Assembly: GCA_017548485.1 (NCBI GenBank)
Contig: JAFYZY010000175.1
Span: 1-56,473 of the forward strand
Direction: 5' to 3'
DNA length: 56,473 nucleotides
Source of the DNA: Oscillospiraceae bacterium
GTDB taxonomy: Bacteria > Bacillota > Clostridia > Oscillospirales > Ruminococcaceae
Each line of letters opens with the position of its first letter. Position 1 is the stretch's first letter. Position numbers and translations under genes: made by a program. Shown one piece after another: positions 1-8,881 of the stretch. The notes under the pieces are model-generated. The model had not been told where the DNA came from, ran no database searches, and was given only the letters and a program-made list of their open reading frames with translations.

Positions 1-99
1 AGATTCGAGAATCCTCACGGATACTATGTTGACCTCTCTCAGAAGCTTTACGATATCAAAACAGAGCTCCTGTATGAAGGCAGCAACCATAAGGAGTGA
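1..99 (+). CDS. 3' end of a CDS truncated by the window start, product unknown
   Basis: Frame 1 is open from the window edge (...RFENPHGYYVDLSQKLYDIKTELLYEGSNHKE) with TGA at 97-99. A hairpin terminator follows. Confidence 0.4.
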   Translation, partial: RFENPHGYYVDLSQKLYDIKTELLYEGSNHKE

Positions 100-116
100 T
101 CATAGAAGATACAAAA

Positions 117-142
117 AGGTCATCAGCCGCGGCTGATGACCT
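117..142. terminator. bidirectional intrinsic terminator hairpin
   Basis: Perfect palindrome AGGTCATCAGCCGCGGCTGATGACCT with an A-run before it and T-rich sequence after it. It lies between convergent CDS ends at 99 (+) and 168 (-). Confidence 0.7.
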
Positions 143-167
143 TATCTTATTCAAAGTGAAACGTCGG

Positions 168-689
168 TTATTGTGCCCGGGTGAAAACGTCACGGTTCAA
201 AACGGCTCCGATCTGCTCACCGGAAAATCTGAGCTCGTCGGTATCGATAAGCACGAGGGAGAAGGAACTGACGTCAGAACCCAGGAAGTCATCACTGTCC
301 CGGTCCTTGATGACGCACTCTGCCCGGTCATCTCTGACGCTCACTGTGCCGCTGACAGAGGTCATGACTACGTCGGAACTTCCTGAAAGGGAATCGAAGC
401 GGAGAGAAAATGTGCCGTCTTCTTTGATCTCCAGAACGGAGATCCTTCCGTGCCAGCTGTCATCGTCTGTTGAACTGTGATCCAGGGCAGACCAGCTGCA
501 GGAGAAAGATCCTACGAACGGAGAATCCTTCAGATCCTTTCCGCTGTATGCCGGTGTGGATGGAATAGGCTCGAGTATGATCTCCTCATCTTCCTCCTGA
601 TGTTTGTTTTTTCCGCAGGAGACAAGAGAGATTATCAGGAGAAGAACAGAGAACAGGCATATTATCTTTTTTAACGATCTGTCCGTCAT
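168..689 (-). CDS. putative secreted lipoprotein, unknown function
   Basis: ORF 168..749. The internal Met at 689 gives MTDRSLKKIICLFSVLLLIISLVSC, a classic n-region, h-region and L-V-S-C lipobox. The ATG at 749 has no RBS. Confidence 0.6.
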   Translation of the reverse strand: MTDRSLKKIICLFSVLLLIISLVSCGKNKHQEEDEEIILEPIPSTPAYSGKDLKDSPFVGSFSCSWSALDHSSTDDDSWHGRISVLEIKEDGTFSLRFDSLSGSSDVVMTSVSGTVSVRDDRAECVIKDRDSDDFLGSDVSSFSLVLIDTDELRFSGEQIGAVLNRDVFTRAQ

Positions 690-821
690 CACACCAAACC
701 TGAATAATAGATTCTTAATGGAAGCACTATTTGACTTCTTTTGAATCATTATAGCACAAAGATTACATGCAAAGGATCATGCGACAAGGTTCTTTATCAT
801 GGCTTGAATGGGTTCCTGATT

Positions 822-849
822 TTGCAAAAAACGCTAATAATAGTATAAT
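822..849 (+). promoter_or_regulatory. SigA-type promoter upstream of sppA
   Basis: TTGCAA (822-827), 16-nt spacer, TATAAT (844-849), 35 nt upstream of the ATG at 885. Confidence 0.5.
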
Positions 850-884
850 TATCGGTGACTTAACGAAAGGTTAGTAATTATGCA

Positions 885-1817
885 ATGAAAACGAAACAGT
901 TCATTACTATCATAATATCGTGCCTCCTGATACTGGCTGTCGGGATCCTGGGGATCAGAGAGTCGGGCTTCTTCGGTGGCAAAGAGTCATACGTAGGATC
1001 GTACATCTCGGTCATCTGGATCAGCGGGACCATAGGGGAAACATCCTATGATATCTTCGGAAACGAGACGTCCCTGTCCACCTTCACGATCTGCGACTAT
1101 CTGGATCAGATCGCTGCGGACAGACACAACAAGGGACTGTTCATAGAGATAGATTCCCCCGGTGGATCTGTTTACGACAGCGACAAGATCTATCAGGCGC
1201 TGATGGAGTACAAGGAGCTCACCGGACGCCCCATCGTGGCAGCGTGCCTCAGTACCATGTGTTCCGGAGCGTACTATATCGCAAGCGCGGCTGATGAGAT
1301 CTACGCGGAAAGAACGGCGGATGTCGGATCCATAGGAGTATACATCGAGATGATGGACGTCTCCGAACTCGCAGGCAAGCTCGGAGTCAAGGTCGACTAT
1401 ATCAGGTCATCCGAGAACAAGGCCATGGGCAACATGTACAATGCCATGACCGACGAGCAGAGAGCGATCTACCAGAGCATCATAGACGAGCATTACGAGA
1501 GATTCCTGGATATCGTACAGAAATCGAGGGGATATGACAGGGAGACCCTCAGGAAGATCGCCGACGGAAGATCATACACAGCCACACAGGCACTGCAGAA
1601 CGGCCTGATCGACGGCATCAAGGAATATGATGATGTCCTGCTGGATTTCGAGGATCAGCTCGGAGTCTATACTCTGCTTGCTCCGGAGGTCGCAAATGAA
1701 GATATCATCAGCGCCATACTCCGCCAGCTGCCGGGAGGGCTGTTCGGCAAAAGCGAGATCGAGGAACTGAAAGAGCTTCTTGAGAAGAGAAACGGCAGGG
1801 CGATGTATCATGAGTGA
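885..1817 (+). CDS. sppA: signal peptide peptidase SppA (S49 family, 36K type)
   Basis: N-terminal TM segment. Motifs IEIDSPGGSVYDSD and CSGAYYIASAADEIYAERTADVGSIGVY are typical of S49/ClpP-fold SppA. Confidence 0.85.
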   Translation: MKTKQFITIIISCLLILAVGILGIRESGFFGGKESYVGSYISVIWISGTIGETSYDIFGNETSLSTFTICDYLDQIAADRHNKGLFIEIDSPGGSVYDSDKIYQALMEYKELTGRPIVAACLSTMCSGAYYIASAADEIYAERTADVGSIGVYIEMMDVSELAGKLGVKVDYIRSSENKAMGNMYNAMTDEQRAIYQSIIDEHYERFLDIVQKSRGYDRETLRKIADGRSYTATQALQNGLIDGIKEYDDVLLDFEDQLGVYTLLAPEVANEDIISAILRQLPGGLFGKSEIEELKELLEKRNGRAMYHE

Positions 1818-2607
1818 GATCCTTGATTTCGAAAACACAGAGAGAGAAGCGGTGACCGCACCGGAAGAGGAACCTGCCGAGACGATGCTCCCGGAAGAGC
1901 CTGAGGTAACGGATGAAGCCCTGCAGACGGCAGTAGAAGCGGAGACAGAAGCTCCAGACCCGTTCGGACCGGTGAATACCGGAAGCATACCGCTCGAAGT
2001 GCCGGCAGCTGCAGACAGCGGCTATGTCTCTCCTTATTCCGAGCAGACAGCAGCAGGAATAAACAGAGACCGTGTCAGCGAAAGCGGAGAACCGGCAGGT
2101 GACAGAGCCGGATTCTGGCCGAGACTGTCCGCGTTCCTGATAGACTCTCTTGTCACAGCGGTCCTGTGGGGCATCCTTCTGTTCGTGTTCAGCCTGTTTA
2201 CCGACAGGCTGAGCGACCCGTTCTTCTTCAGAGTGAAACTCAGGACGGTGCTGCTGTATGTTGTCCAGAAGATCTACTTCGTGTTTGCGGAGTGGAGATT
2301 CCAGAGAACGCTCGGCAAGAAAGCGCTCAGGATCAAAGTCATAAGCAGCGAATCCTTCGGAAAGCCAGATCTCTGGACGGTGTTCTTCCGCGAGACTTTC
2401 GGAAAGTTCATCTCTTCCGTCTGTGTCGTGGGTGATCTGATGATACTCGGCAGAGAGCATCGGCCGCTCTATGACAGACTGGCTGACACTGAAGTCGTAT
2501 ATACTGTAAACGCCCCCAAAACAACAAAAGAGGATGCAAGGCCGGAGCAGACGGAGACCCCGTCCGGTCCGAAGCCTACACAGGAGAAGGAAGCGGATCC
2601 TGTCTGA
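1810..2607 (+). CDS. RDD-family membrane protein with an acidic N-terminal region
   Basis: FWPRLSAFLIDSLVTAVLWGILLF ... LGKKALRIKVIS ... PLYDRLADTEVV matches the RDD domain layout. The ATG at 1810 overlaps the sppA stop (ATGAGTGA). The 1780 start of the ORF track is less likely. Confidence 0.7.
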   Translation: MSEILDFENTEREAVTAPEEEPAETMLPEEPEVTDEALQTAVEAETEAPDPFGPVNTGSIPLEVPAAADSGYVSPYSEQTAAGINRDRVSESGEPAGDRAGFWPRLSAFLIDSLVTAVLWGILLFVFSLFTDRLSDPFFFRVKLRTVLLYVVQKIYFVFAEWRFQRTLGKKALRIKVISSESFGKPDLWTVFFRETFGKFISSVCVVGDLMILGREHRPLYDRLADTEVVYTVNAPKTTKEDARPEQTETPSGPKPTQEKEADPV

Positions 2608-2625
2608 GATCCCAAGAGGACAGTT

Positions 2626-3321
2626 ATGGCGAGAGTTAAGCATACAAAAGCACAGAAGGCAAAGATCAGACGAAGAAGGGCAAGACAGTTCCGCGGTGCG
2701 GTATTTCTCCTGCTCGCCTTCGTCGGAGTCATTTCCATAGCTTCTGTCATCGTCGGACAGATCAGGAAACTCACCAATGATGATGCCCAGAAAGCGGAAT
2801 TCGCAAGGATCATCGCACCTCTGGTAGCGCTCGACCCCGCTCCGTTCGAGGGGCCTGAGAAAGCAAAGGCGGAACTGCTGGAGGAGGCGGCTATCAGGGC
2901 GGTCATCTCCAACGAGAACACATCCAAGTACACCAGGACCATGCAGGGACAGATCCTGATCCCCGTGCTCGACGTCGACAGGTATTACACGAGACTGTTC
3001 GGGTCCGGAAGTCTTCCCAGGCACGCCACATTCACCGACGGCGATACAACGTTCGAGTACGATTCCGACAGCAAATGCTATATAGTGCCGTTCTCCGATC
3101 TCAGCGGAACATACTATCCCCGGATAAGCAAGATAGATTCCAGCGGAAGCACAAGGACTCTGACTGTGGAATATCTCTCATATGCGGATCAGGGAAACGT
3201 CACCGGAGTGCCGGGAGACAGCAACGGTCAGCGCGTGGTCAAGACTATGGAGTATATCCTGCTGAAGGAGAGCGGAGAATATCACATATACTCTGTCAGA
3301 TACGCAGGACAGAGCAGCTGA
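2626..3321 (+). CDS. membrane-anchored protein of unknown function (basic N-terminus, one TM, extracytoplasmic domain)
   Basis: MARVKHTKAQKAKIRRRRARQFRGAVFLLLAFVGVISIASVIVG, then a soluble domain of about 180 aa. A terminator follows. No recognisable motif. Confidence 0.6.
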   Translation: MARVKHTKAQKAKIRRRRARQFRGAVFLLLAFVGVISIASVIVGQIRKLTNDDAQKAEFARIIAPLVALDPAPFEGPEKAKAELLEEAAIRAVISNENTSKYTRTMQGQILIPVLDVDRYYTRLFGSGSLPRHATFTDGDTTFEYDSDSKCYIVPFSDLSGTYYPRISKIDSSGSTRTLTVEYLSYADQGNVTGVPGDSNGQRVVKTMEYILLKESGEYHIYSVRYAGQSS

Positions 3322-3343
3322 CAAAACACAGAGAACGATCAAG

Positions 3344-3375
3344 CGGGTGCCTTCGGCGGCGCCCGTTTTTGGTTC
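3344..3375 (+). terminator. intrinsic terminator
   Basis: Stem CGGGTGCC / GGCGCCCG with a 6-nt loop, followed by TTTTTGGTT. Confidence 0.65.
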
Positions 3376-3466
3376 TGCAGGAAGATGCAGCAAGTGCCAA
3401 TATTGCCAAATACATGCCGAAAGAATACAATAATTAGGCTGATAATTAACGAAAGGGATTGGTTTG

Positions 3467-5401
3467 ATGGAAAAGAAGCCCTATTACATAACGACTGCGA
3501 TCGCATATGCATCCGCGAAACCTCATATCGGGAACACATATGAGATAGTACTGGCTGACGCCATCGCACGCTTCCGCAGAGAACAGGGATATGACGTCAG
3601 GTTCCAGACCGGAACGGACGAGCACGGCGAGAAGATCGAGCAGAAAGCTGTCGCCGCGGGAATGTCGCCCAAGGAATACGTCGACCAGGTCGCCGGTGTG
3701 ATCAAAAACATCTGGGATCTGATGGACACGACGTATGACAGATTCATCAGGACCACGGATGAGGACCACGAAGAGCAGGTGCGGAAGATGTTCCGCAAGA
3801 TGTACGAAAAAGGCGACATCTATAAAGGTTATTACGAAGGCTGGTACTGCACTCCCGACGAGTCATTCTGGACAGACTCCCAGGTAGTGGACGGAAAGTG
3901 CCCGGAGTGCGGCCGTCCTGTCGTGAGAGCTAAGGAAGAAGCCTACTTCTTCCGTATGAGCAAATACGCCGACAGACTTATAGATTATATAAACACGCAT
4001 CCCGAATTCATTCAGCCCGTGTCCAGAAAGAACGAGATGATGAACAACTTCCTCCTTCCCGGGCTGCAGGATCTCTGCGTATCCAGAAGCTCCTTCAAGT
4101 GGGGCATCCCCGTGGATTTCGATGAGGGACACGTGGTCTATGTTTGGCTGGACGCGCTCAGCAACTATGTCACCGGTCTCGGTTATGATGCGGACGGAAA
4201 CAGCGGGGAGCTGTATGAGAAGTACTGGCCCGCCGATCTGCATCTGATCGGCAAGGATATCGTGAGGTTCCACACGATCTACTGGCCCATATTCCTTATG
4301 AGCCTGGATATCCCGCTGCCCAAGCAGGTGTTCGGACACCCGTGGCTGCTGATGTCCGGAGGAAAGATGTCCAAGTCCACCGGCAACGTCATGTATGCCG
4401 ACGATCTGGTGGAACTCTTCGGAGTTGACGCGATAAGGTATTTCGTCCTTCACGAGACTCCGTTTGAGAACGACGGGACCATAACATGGGATCTGATCAC
4501 CGAGAGAGTGAACACGGATCTGGCTAACATACTCGGAAACCTCGTCAACAGGACGATCGCGATGACCAACAGATATTTCGGCGGCGTCGTGGAAGATGCC
4601 GGAGCGCAGGCGGATCCCGATACCGAGTTCAAGGATACGATCCTCTCCTGTGTCGTCAAGGTCCAGGAGAAGATGGATGTGCTGCGTGTCGCGGACGCGA
4701 TCTCCGCAATATTCGAGATATTCCGCCGCTGCAACAAGTACATAGACGAGACGGAGCCCTGGAAGCTCGCGAAGGAGCCTGAGAGCGCCGCAAGGCTCAA
4801 GACGGTCCTTTACAATCTTGTTGAAGGCATCGTGATCGGCGCTTCGCTGCTGAAGAGCTTCATGCCGTCCACATCCGAAAAGATCCTCGGCCAGCTGAAT
4901 GCTGAGCACCGGAGACTGGAGAGCATGACCGAATTCGGTCTCTATCCCAGCGGAAACAAAGTCACCGACACCCCGGAGATCCTGTTTGCCCGCCTTGATC
5001 CTGAAGCGATCACCGCAAAAGTCGAGGAGATACAGAAAAAGTATGCGGCCCCTGAGCGTCCCAAACTCGAGCATAAAGAGACCATCAGCATAGATGATTT
5101 CGGCAAGACCGAGCTGAGGGTCTGTGAGGTACTGGACTGCGAGAAGATCCCGAAAGCGGACAAACTGCTGAAACTGACCCTGTTCGACGGAGAGAGGGAA
5201 CGCACCATCGTCTCGGGCATAGCCAAGCAGTATTCTCCCGAAGACATGAAGGGAAAGAAGGTCGTCTGCGTAGTCAACCTCGCACCGCATTCGTTCCGCG
5301 GTATCGAGAGCGAAGGCATGCTTCTTGCAAGCGAGACGGACGGCGTGCCCAGAGTCGTCTTTGTGGATGCGGACGTGCCGGCAGGCAGCGAGATACACTG
5401 A
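3467..5401 (+). CDS. metG: methionine--tRNA ligase with C-terminal tRNA-binding (EMAP/Trbp111-like) domain
   Basis: Class I signatures AKPHIGNTYE (HIGH) and KMSKSTGN (KMSKS), zinc knuckle CPECGRPV, C-terminal LRVCEVLDCEKIPKADKLLKLTLFDG. The ATG at 3467 sits one codon inside the TTG of the ORF track, with RBS GAAAGGGA upstream. Confidence 0.97.
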   Translation: MEKKPYYITTAIAYASAKPHIGNTYEIVLADAIARFRREQGYDVRFQTGTDEHGEKIEQKAVAAGMSPKEYVDQVAGVIKNIWDLMDTTYDRFIRTTDEDHEEQVRKMFRKMYEKGDIYKGYYEGWYCTPDESFWTDSQVVDGKCPECGRPVVRAKEEAYFFRMSKYADRLIDYINTHPEFIQPVSRKNEMMNNFLLPGLQDLCVSRSSFKWGIPVDFDEGHVVYVWLDALSNYVTGLGYDADGNSGELYEKYWPADLHLIGKDIVRFHTIYWPIFLMSLDIPLPKQVFGHPWLLMSGGKMSKSTGNVMYADDLVELFGVDAIRYFVLHETPFENDGTITWDLITERVNTDLANILGNLVNRTIAMTNRYFGGVVEDAGAQADPDTEFKDTILSCVVKVQEKMDVLRVADAISAIFEIFRRCNKYIDETEPWKLAKEPESAARLKTVLYNLVEGIVIGASLLKSFMPSTSEKILGQLNAEHRRLESMTEFGLYPSGNKVTDTPEILFARLDPEAITAKVEEIQKKYAAPERPKLEHKETISIDDFGKTELRVCEVLDCEKIPKADKLLKLTLFDGERERTIVSGIAKQYSPEDMKGKKVVCVVNLAPHSFRGIESEGMLLASETDGVPRVVFVDADVPAGSEIH

Positions 5402-5469
5402 TAAAACAGTAAGGGAGATGTTCTGTGCGGACATCTCCTTTTTGGATAGATTACGGAGGACAAGGACCG

Positions 5470-7503
5470 ATGGCTGAGAAAGAGTATGTTTTTGAGACGA
5501 CCGAGAAATACCTGAAGAAGCTGGACGGAGATCTGGCAGGGAGGACCTTCCGCCTGGCCATGGATAACGGCGAGGAATACCAGATACGGTTCCTGGACGG
5601 AGAGATCCTGGAGTGGAGAAGAGAAGGCGAGCAGCTGCGCTGGGAGAAGTACGGATGTCTTAAGGCTGACGACAGCACGTTCTTCGTGGCATCTGTCCTC
5701 GGAGGAACAGAAGTATGCACCTGCGTCACTCTGGTGATAGATGAGGAGAACAGCCTCGTGACGATGTGCATTTCCAGGCAGGGGATCCATCCCCTGCGGC
5801 CCAGACTTGCTGAAGTCGAGTACATCTTCGGTGCGATAAGGGTGCCCGGCAGACAGCTGCCTGAAAAGAGGCACGGATTCACCCGGGATCTGGTGGGAAA
5901 AAAGATCGTGTGGCACTATGCAAACGGGTTCATCAATACGCATATCTACCAGAGCGAGAGATATTACAGGATAGTTCCTCTCACGGACACGAGGACCCCT
6001 GAGGAGATCGAAAGGGACAACAGGGAGATCGAACTCGGACTGCGTCCCAGGGAGATGCTCTATGAAGAGCCTGCCAGATTCATCCGGATCAAGGAGGGTA
6101 TGTATCTTATCAGTTTCGTAGAAGACAATATGAACAGAGTCGATCCGGGCAGAGGCGGCAACAACATGATCGTCCTGGAGAACCTCAAGGGAGGCGTAGA
6201 CTGCGGAAGGACATTCTCAGTAAACAGACAGGGCAAACTGGAACACGGGTTTTTCCGTGCATACGGGGAACCGGTGGAAGAAGATTTTCCGATCGAGAAG
6301 GAGCCGACGCCCTACAGGGTCACAGGGGAGAAAAAGCAGACTATAGCAGTGCTGGGACCGGAGAGCAGCCTTAAGGCAAGGATCGTCTCCGAAGGGCGGC
6401 ACAGAGGTCACATTGTGACCGGAAATGCAGACACTGCAGATGCTGCAGTAGAGATCTCGGACGGGCAGATCAGGGTCACCCGGGAAGGGCAGACGGCGGT
6501 CATGGTCCTGCCCGAGGAAACTGATACTGACTACAGAAGGACCGGATACTACCGCTTTGAAGAAGACAGAGCGCCGTATGCGGAAGAAGGCGACATAGCG
6601 ATGGCTGCCGTGGACACGGCGGTGTCATGTGAACCGGGGACTTTCTGCATAGCATCCGATAAGGTCAGAGAACTTCCCCAGGGACCTGACGGCAGAAGAA
6701 GGTATGTGGCGCAGACGCACAAAGGAATAGCCGGAAAGGTGTTCCATGTCGTGATGGACAGCATGGATGAGTTCGTCGTCCGGTTCCTGACGGATGAGCT
6801 GCTTGAGATGGCATACAGAGGGGAATTCCTGGAAAAGTATGCCTGCAGCTGCATGGAGTGTGATGACGGGGTCTGGTTCGTCACCGTCATGAGGGGCGAA
6901 GAGTGCTTCACGATGGTGCTGGACACAGTGCAGGATCTGGTCACAACAGTGACTACGTCTCTCTACCCGGAAAAGATGCAGATGGTCCGTCACAGTATTG
7001 AATTCGGTGCGATAGCCCGGGCGGGGAAAGACACCGGTCTCATGAGACACTGTTTCACGGAGGATCTGGTTGGGAAAAAAGTCACATGGCATTACTCTCC
7101 GTACGTCAGCATCACACATTGCTACATCTCCGAGAACTATATGAGGTCATCACTCGGAAAGATGAAGCCTCTTCCTGAGGACGCGCCGGAGGAGGCGGTA
7201 TTCGATGTAATGGACCGCTACCGCAGATGGGGCAGCATCTTCTTTGAGGAGCCCTGTCAGTACATAAGGATCAACAGACATCTTTATGTCGTATGCACGG
7301 CAGAGACCAACAGAAACAGGGTGGATCCGCTGGAAGGCGGAGGGGCTATGGTATATGCCTTCAACACCAGAAGGATGCAGGATTACGGAAGAGGCTTCTT
7401 CACGGGAATGGCTGAGACATACCCGAATCTTTTCTCGGTATACGGGGAATGGGATGACGATGAGGACCCGATGGATACCGCGGAGAGTCCGTACAATATC
7501 TGA
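5470..7503 (+). CDS. internally duplicated MoaF-like / phenolic-acid-decarboxylase-fold (calycin) protein, function unknown
   Basis: RBS GGAGGA at 5455-5460 precedes the ATG at 5470. Two homologous halves are visible, for example HGFTRDLVGKKIVWHYANGF vs RHCFTEDLVGKKVTWHYSPYV and NMNRVDPGRGGNNMIV vs NRNRVDPLEGGGAMVY. The family assignment is from memory of MoaF/PAD motifs. Confidence 0.55.
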   Translation: MAEKEYVFETTEKYLKKLDGDLAGRTFRLAMDNGEEYQIRFLDGEILEWRREGEQLRWEKYGCLKADDSTFFVASVLGGTEVCTCVTLVIDEENSLVTMCISRQGIHPLRPRLAEVEYIFGAIRVPGRQLPEKRHGFTRDLVGKKIVWHYANGFINTHIYQSERYYRIVPLTDTRTPEEIERDNREIELGLRPREMLYEEPARFIRIKEGMYLISFVEDNMNRVDPGRGGNNMIVLENLKGGVDCGRTFSVNRQGKLEHGFFRAYGEPVEEDFPIEKEPTPYRVTGEKKQTIAVLGPESSLKARIVSEGRHRGHIVTGNADTADAAVEISDGQIRVTREGQTAVMVLPEETDTDYRRTGYYRFEEDRAPYAEEGDIAMAAVDTAVSCEPGTFCIASDKVRELPQGPDGRRRYVAQTHKGIAGKVFHVVMDSMDEFVVRFLTDELLEMAYRGEFLEKYACSCMECDDGVWFVTVMRGEECFTMVLDTVQDLVTTVTTSLYPEKMQMVRHSIEFGAIARAGKDTGLMRHCFTEDLVGKKVTWHYSPYVSITHCYISENYMRSSLGKMKPLPEDAPEEAVFDVMDRYRRWGSIFFEEPCQYIRINRHLYVVCTAETNRNRVDPLEGGGAMVYAFNTRRMQDYGRGFFTGMAETYPNLFSVYGEWDDDEDPMDTAESPYNI

Positions 7504-7520
7504 AACCGATACAGAAAAAA

Positions 7521-7560
7521 ACAGACTGTCGGAAGCCTTTGCAGGCTTTTGGCAGTCTGT
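7521..7560. terminator. bidirectional intrinsic terminator
   Basis: Long imperfect hairpin ACAGACTGTCGGAAGCC TTTGCA GGCTTTTGGCAGTCTGT flanked by an A-run and CTGCTTTTCTC. It lies between convergent genes ending at 7503 and 7578. Confidence 0.75.
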
Positions 7561-7577
7561 CTGCTTTTCTCAGAATA

Positions 7578-8348
7578 CTACAGGCCGAATACTCGCTTCG
7601 CGTTTCCGCTTGTGACCTCTATTATCTTTTCCGGGGTCTCGCCCTTAAGAGCGGCCATCTCGTCGACTACTGCTGAGATCATGTCGGAAGTGCATCTCGT
7701 TCCTCTGAAGGGAACAGGGCTGAGATAAGGACAGTCGGTCTCCAGGATGAAACAATCCAGCGGAAGTTCCCTGACTGCAGCTTTCTCTTTTTTTGAGTTC
7801 TTGTATGTCAGGGCGCCGCCGATACCGAGTACAAGCCCGGACCTGACGGCTTCTTCCGCCATCTCCAGCGAGCCCGAGAACCTGTGCAGGCAGCCGGAAG
7901 GTCTGTATCTTCGGAAGTATTCCATTATGTCTCCGTGTGCGTCTCTGTCGTGGATCTCAACAGGCATGTTCATTTCTTTTGCCAGGATCAGCTGAGCCTC
8001 GAAGACCCTGTGCTGTATCTCTCTGGAAGGTTCGGGCCAGTAGTAGTCCAGACCGATCTCCCCGATGGCGACAGCTTTTGCTGACAGAGCCAGTTCTCTT
8101 ATGCGGTCAAGCCAGTCATCCGGCAGATCCGCGGCATCTTCCGGATGGATTCCCACGGCTGCATAGACATGGTCATATTGCCCGGCAAGTCTGACAGCGC
8201 GTTCTGATGATGCGATATCCGTGGCATTCTCTATGATGGCGGAGACACCTGCCTTTTTGAGGTCGGTAAGCACGGCGTCTCTGTCCTGATCGAAGGCGCG
8301 GTCAAGATAATGCGCGTGTGTGTCGATGATGCCGCTGTAGCAGTCCAT
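7578..8348 (-). CDS. tatD: TatD-family metal-dependent hydrolase/DNase
   Basis: IDTHAHYLD near the N-terminus, plus EIGLDYYW, HDRDAH and ETDCPYL motifs. The ATG at 8348 is preceded by AGGAGG. The longer ORF-track start at 8384 lacks an RBS. Confidence 0.9.
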   Translation of the reverse strand: MDCYSGIIDTHAHYLDRAFDQDRDAVLTDLKKAGVSAIIENATDIASSERAVRLAGQYDHVYAAVGIHPEDAADLPDDWLDRIRELALSAKAVAIGEIGLDYYWPEPSREIQHRVFEAQLILAKEMNMPVEIHDRDAHGDIMEYFRRYRPSGCLHRFSGSLEMAEEAVRSGLVLGIGGALTYKNSKKEKAAVRELPLDCFILETDCPYLSPVPFRGTRCTSDMISAVVDEMAALKGETPEKIIEVTSGNAKRVFGL

Positions 8349-8419
8349 AAAGAACCTCCTAAAAAAGACACGGCAGAGAATCATTCTGACGTGTCTTTAT
8401 AGTTGCTTATGATAAGAGA

Positions 8420-8881
8420 TCACTTCAGATAGGAATCCACCAGTTTCTGTGCATCGGAGTCCCTGTCACAGGAAACAAAGATCACATAAACGCCCTTCTG
8501 TTCGATGACAGCGTTGCTGATCCTGGGCAGTGATTCGGGACTGTAGGACTCGTATGTGTTGTAGAGAGACTCCTGTCTCTTGACTATCTCTTCCTTGATC
8601 TTTTTTGCATCGGATTCGCTCTTGCACGTAATGACCGCGAATTCCTCTCCCGTCGCACCGGTGCCGATCTCATAGATGAACTCCTCGATGGAGTCTGTGG
8701 TAAGACCGACGACCTTCTTCACGACGCTCTCCGAAACAGGAGCAAGGGTATCAAGGAACAGATCCGCGTTTCTGATATCATCAGCCAGTTTTGATGTGTC
8801 AAGGCTGAAGGAAGAACCGCAGGAGACCAGTGTTAATGCCAGTACGGCGATGACGGCAATTGCGAGCGCTCTCTTAATCAA
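8420..8881 (-). CDS. lipoprotein, probably DUF4358-like
   Basis: Signal peptide and lipobox MIKRALAIAVIAVLALTLVSC. The FAVITCKSESDAKKIKEEI region resembles DUF4358 proteins as I remember them. Its start overlaps the upstream gene stop by 4 nt. Confidence 0.6.
   Translation of the reverse strand: MIKRALAIAVIAVLALTLVSCGSSFSLDTSKLADDIRNADLFLDTLAPVSESVVKKVVGLTTDSIEEFIYEIGTGATGEEFAVITCKSESDAKKIKEEIVKRQESLYNTYESYSPESLPRISNAVIEQKGVYVIFVSCDRDSDAQKLVDSYLK

Noticed and set aside
3322-3466. Possible T-box or other riboswitch leader upstream of metG. The leaders of alr, the ECF S-component gene and ispDF were also considered.
   Set aside because: The metG upstream region holds only the terminator of the preceding gene and an AT-rich spacer, with no specifier-loop or T-box (AGGGUGGNACCGCG-like) sequence. 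The other leaders are too short (44 nt before 25104) or lack conserved riboswitch cores that I can recognise by eye.
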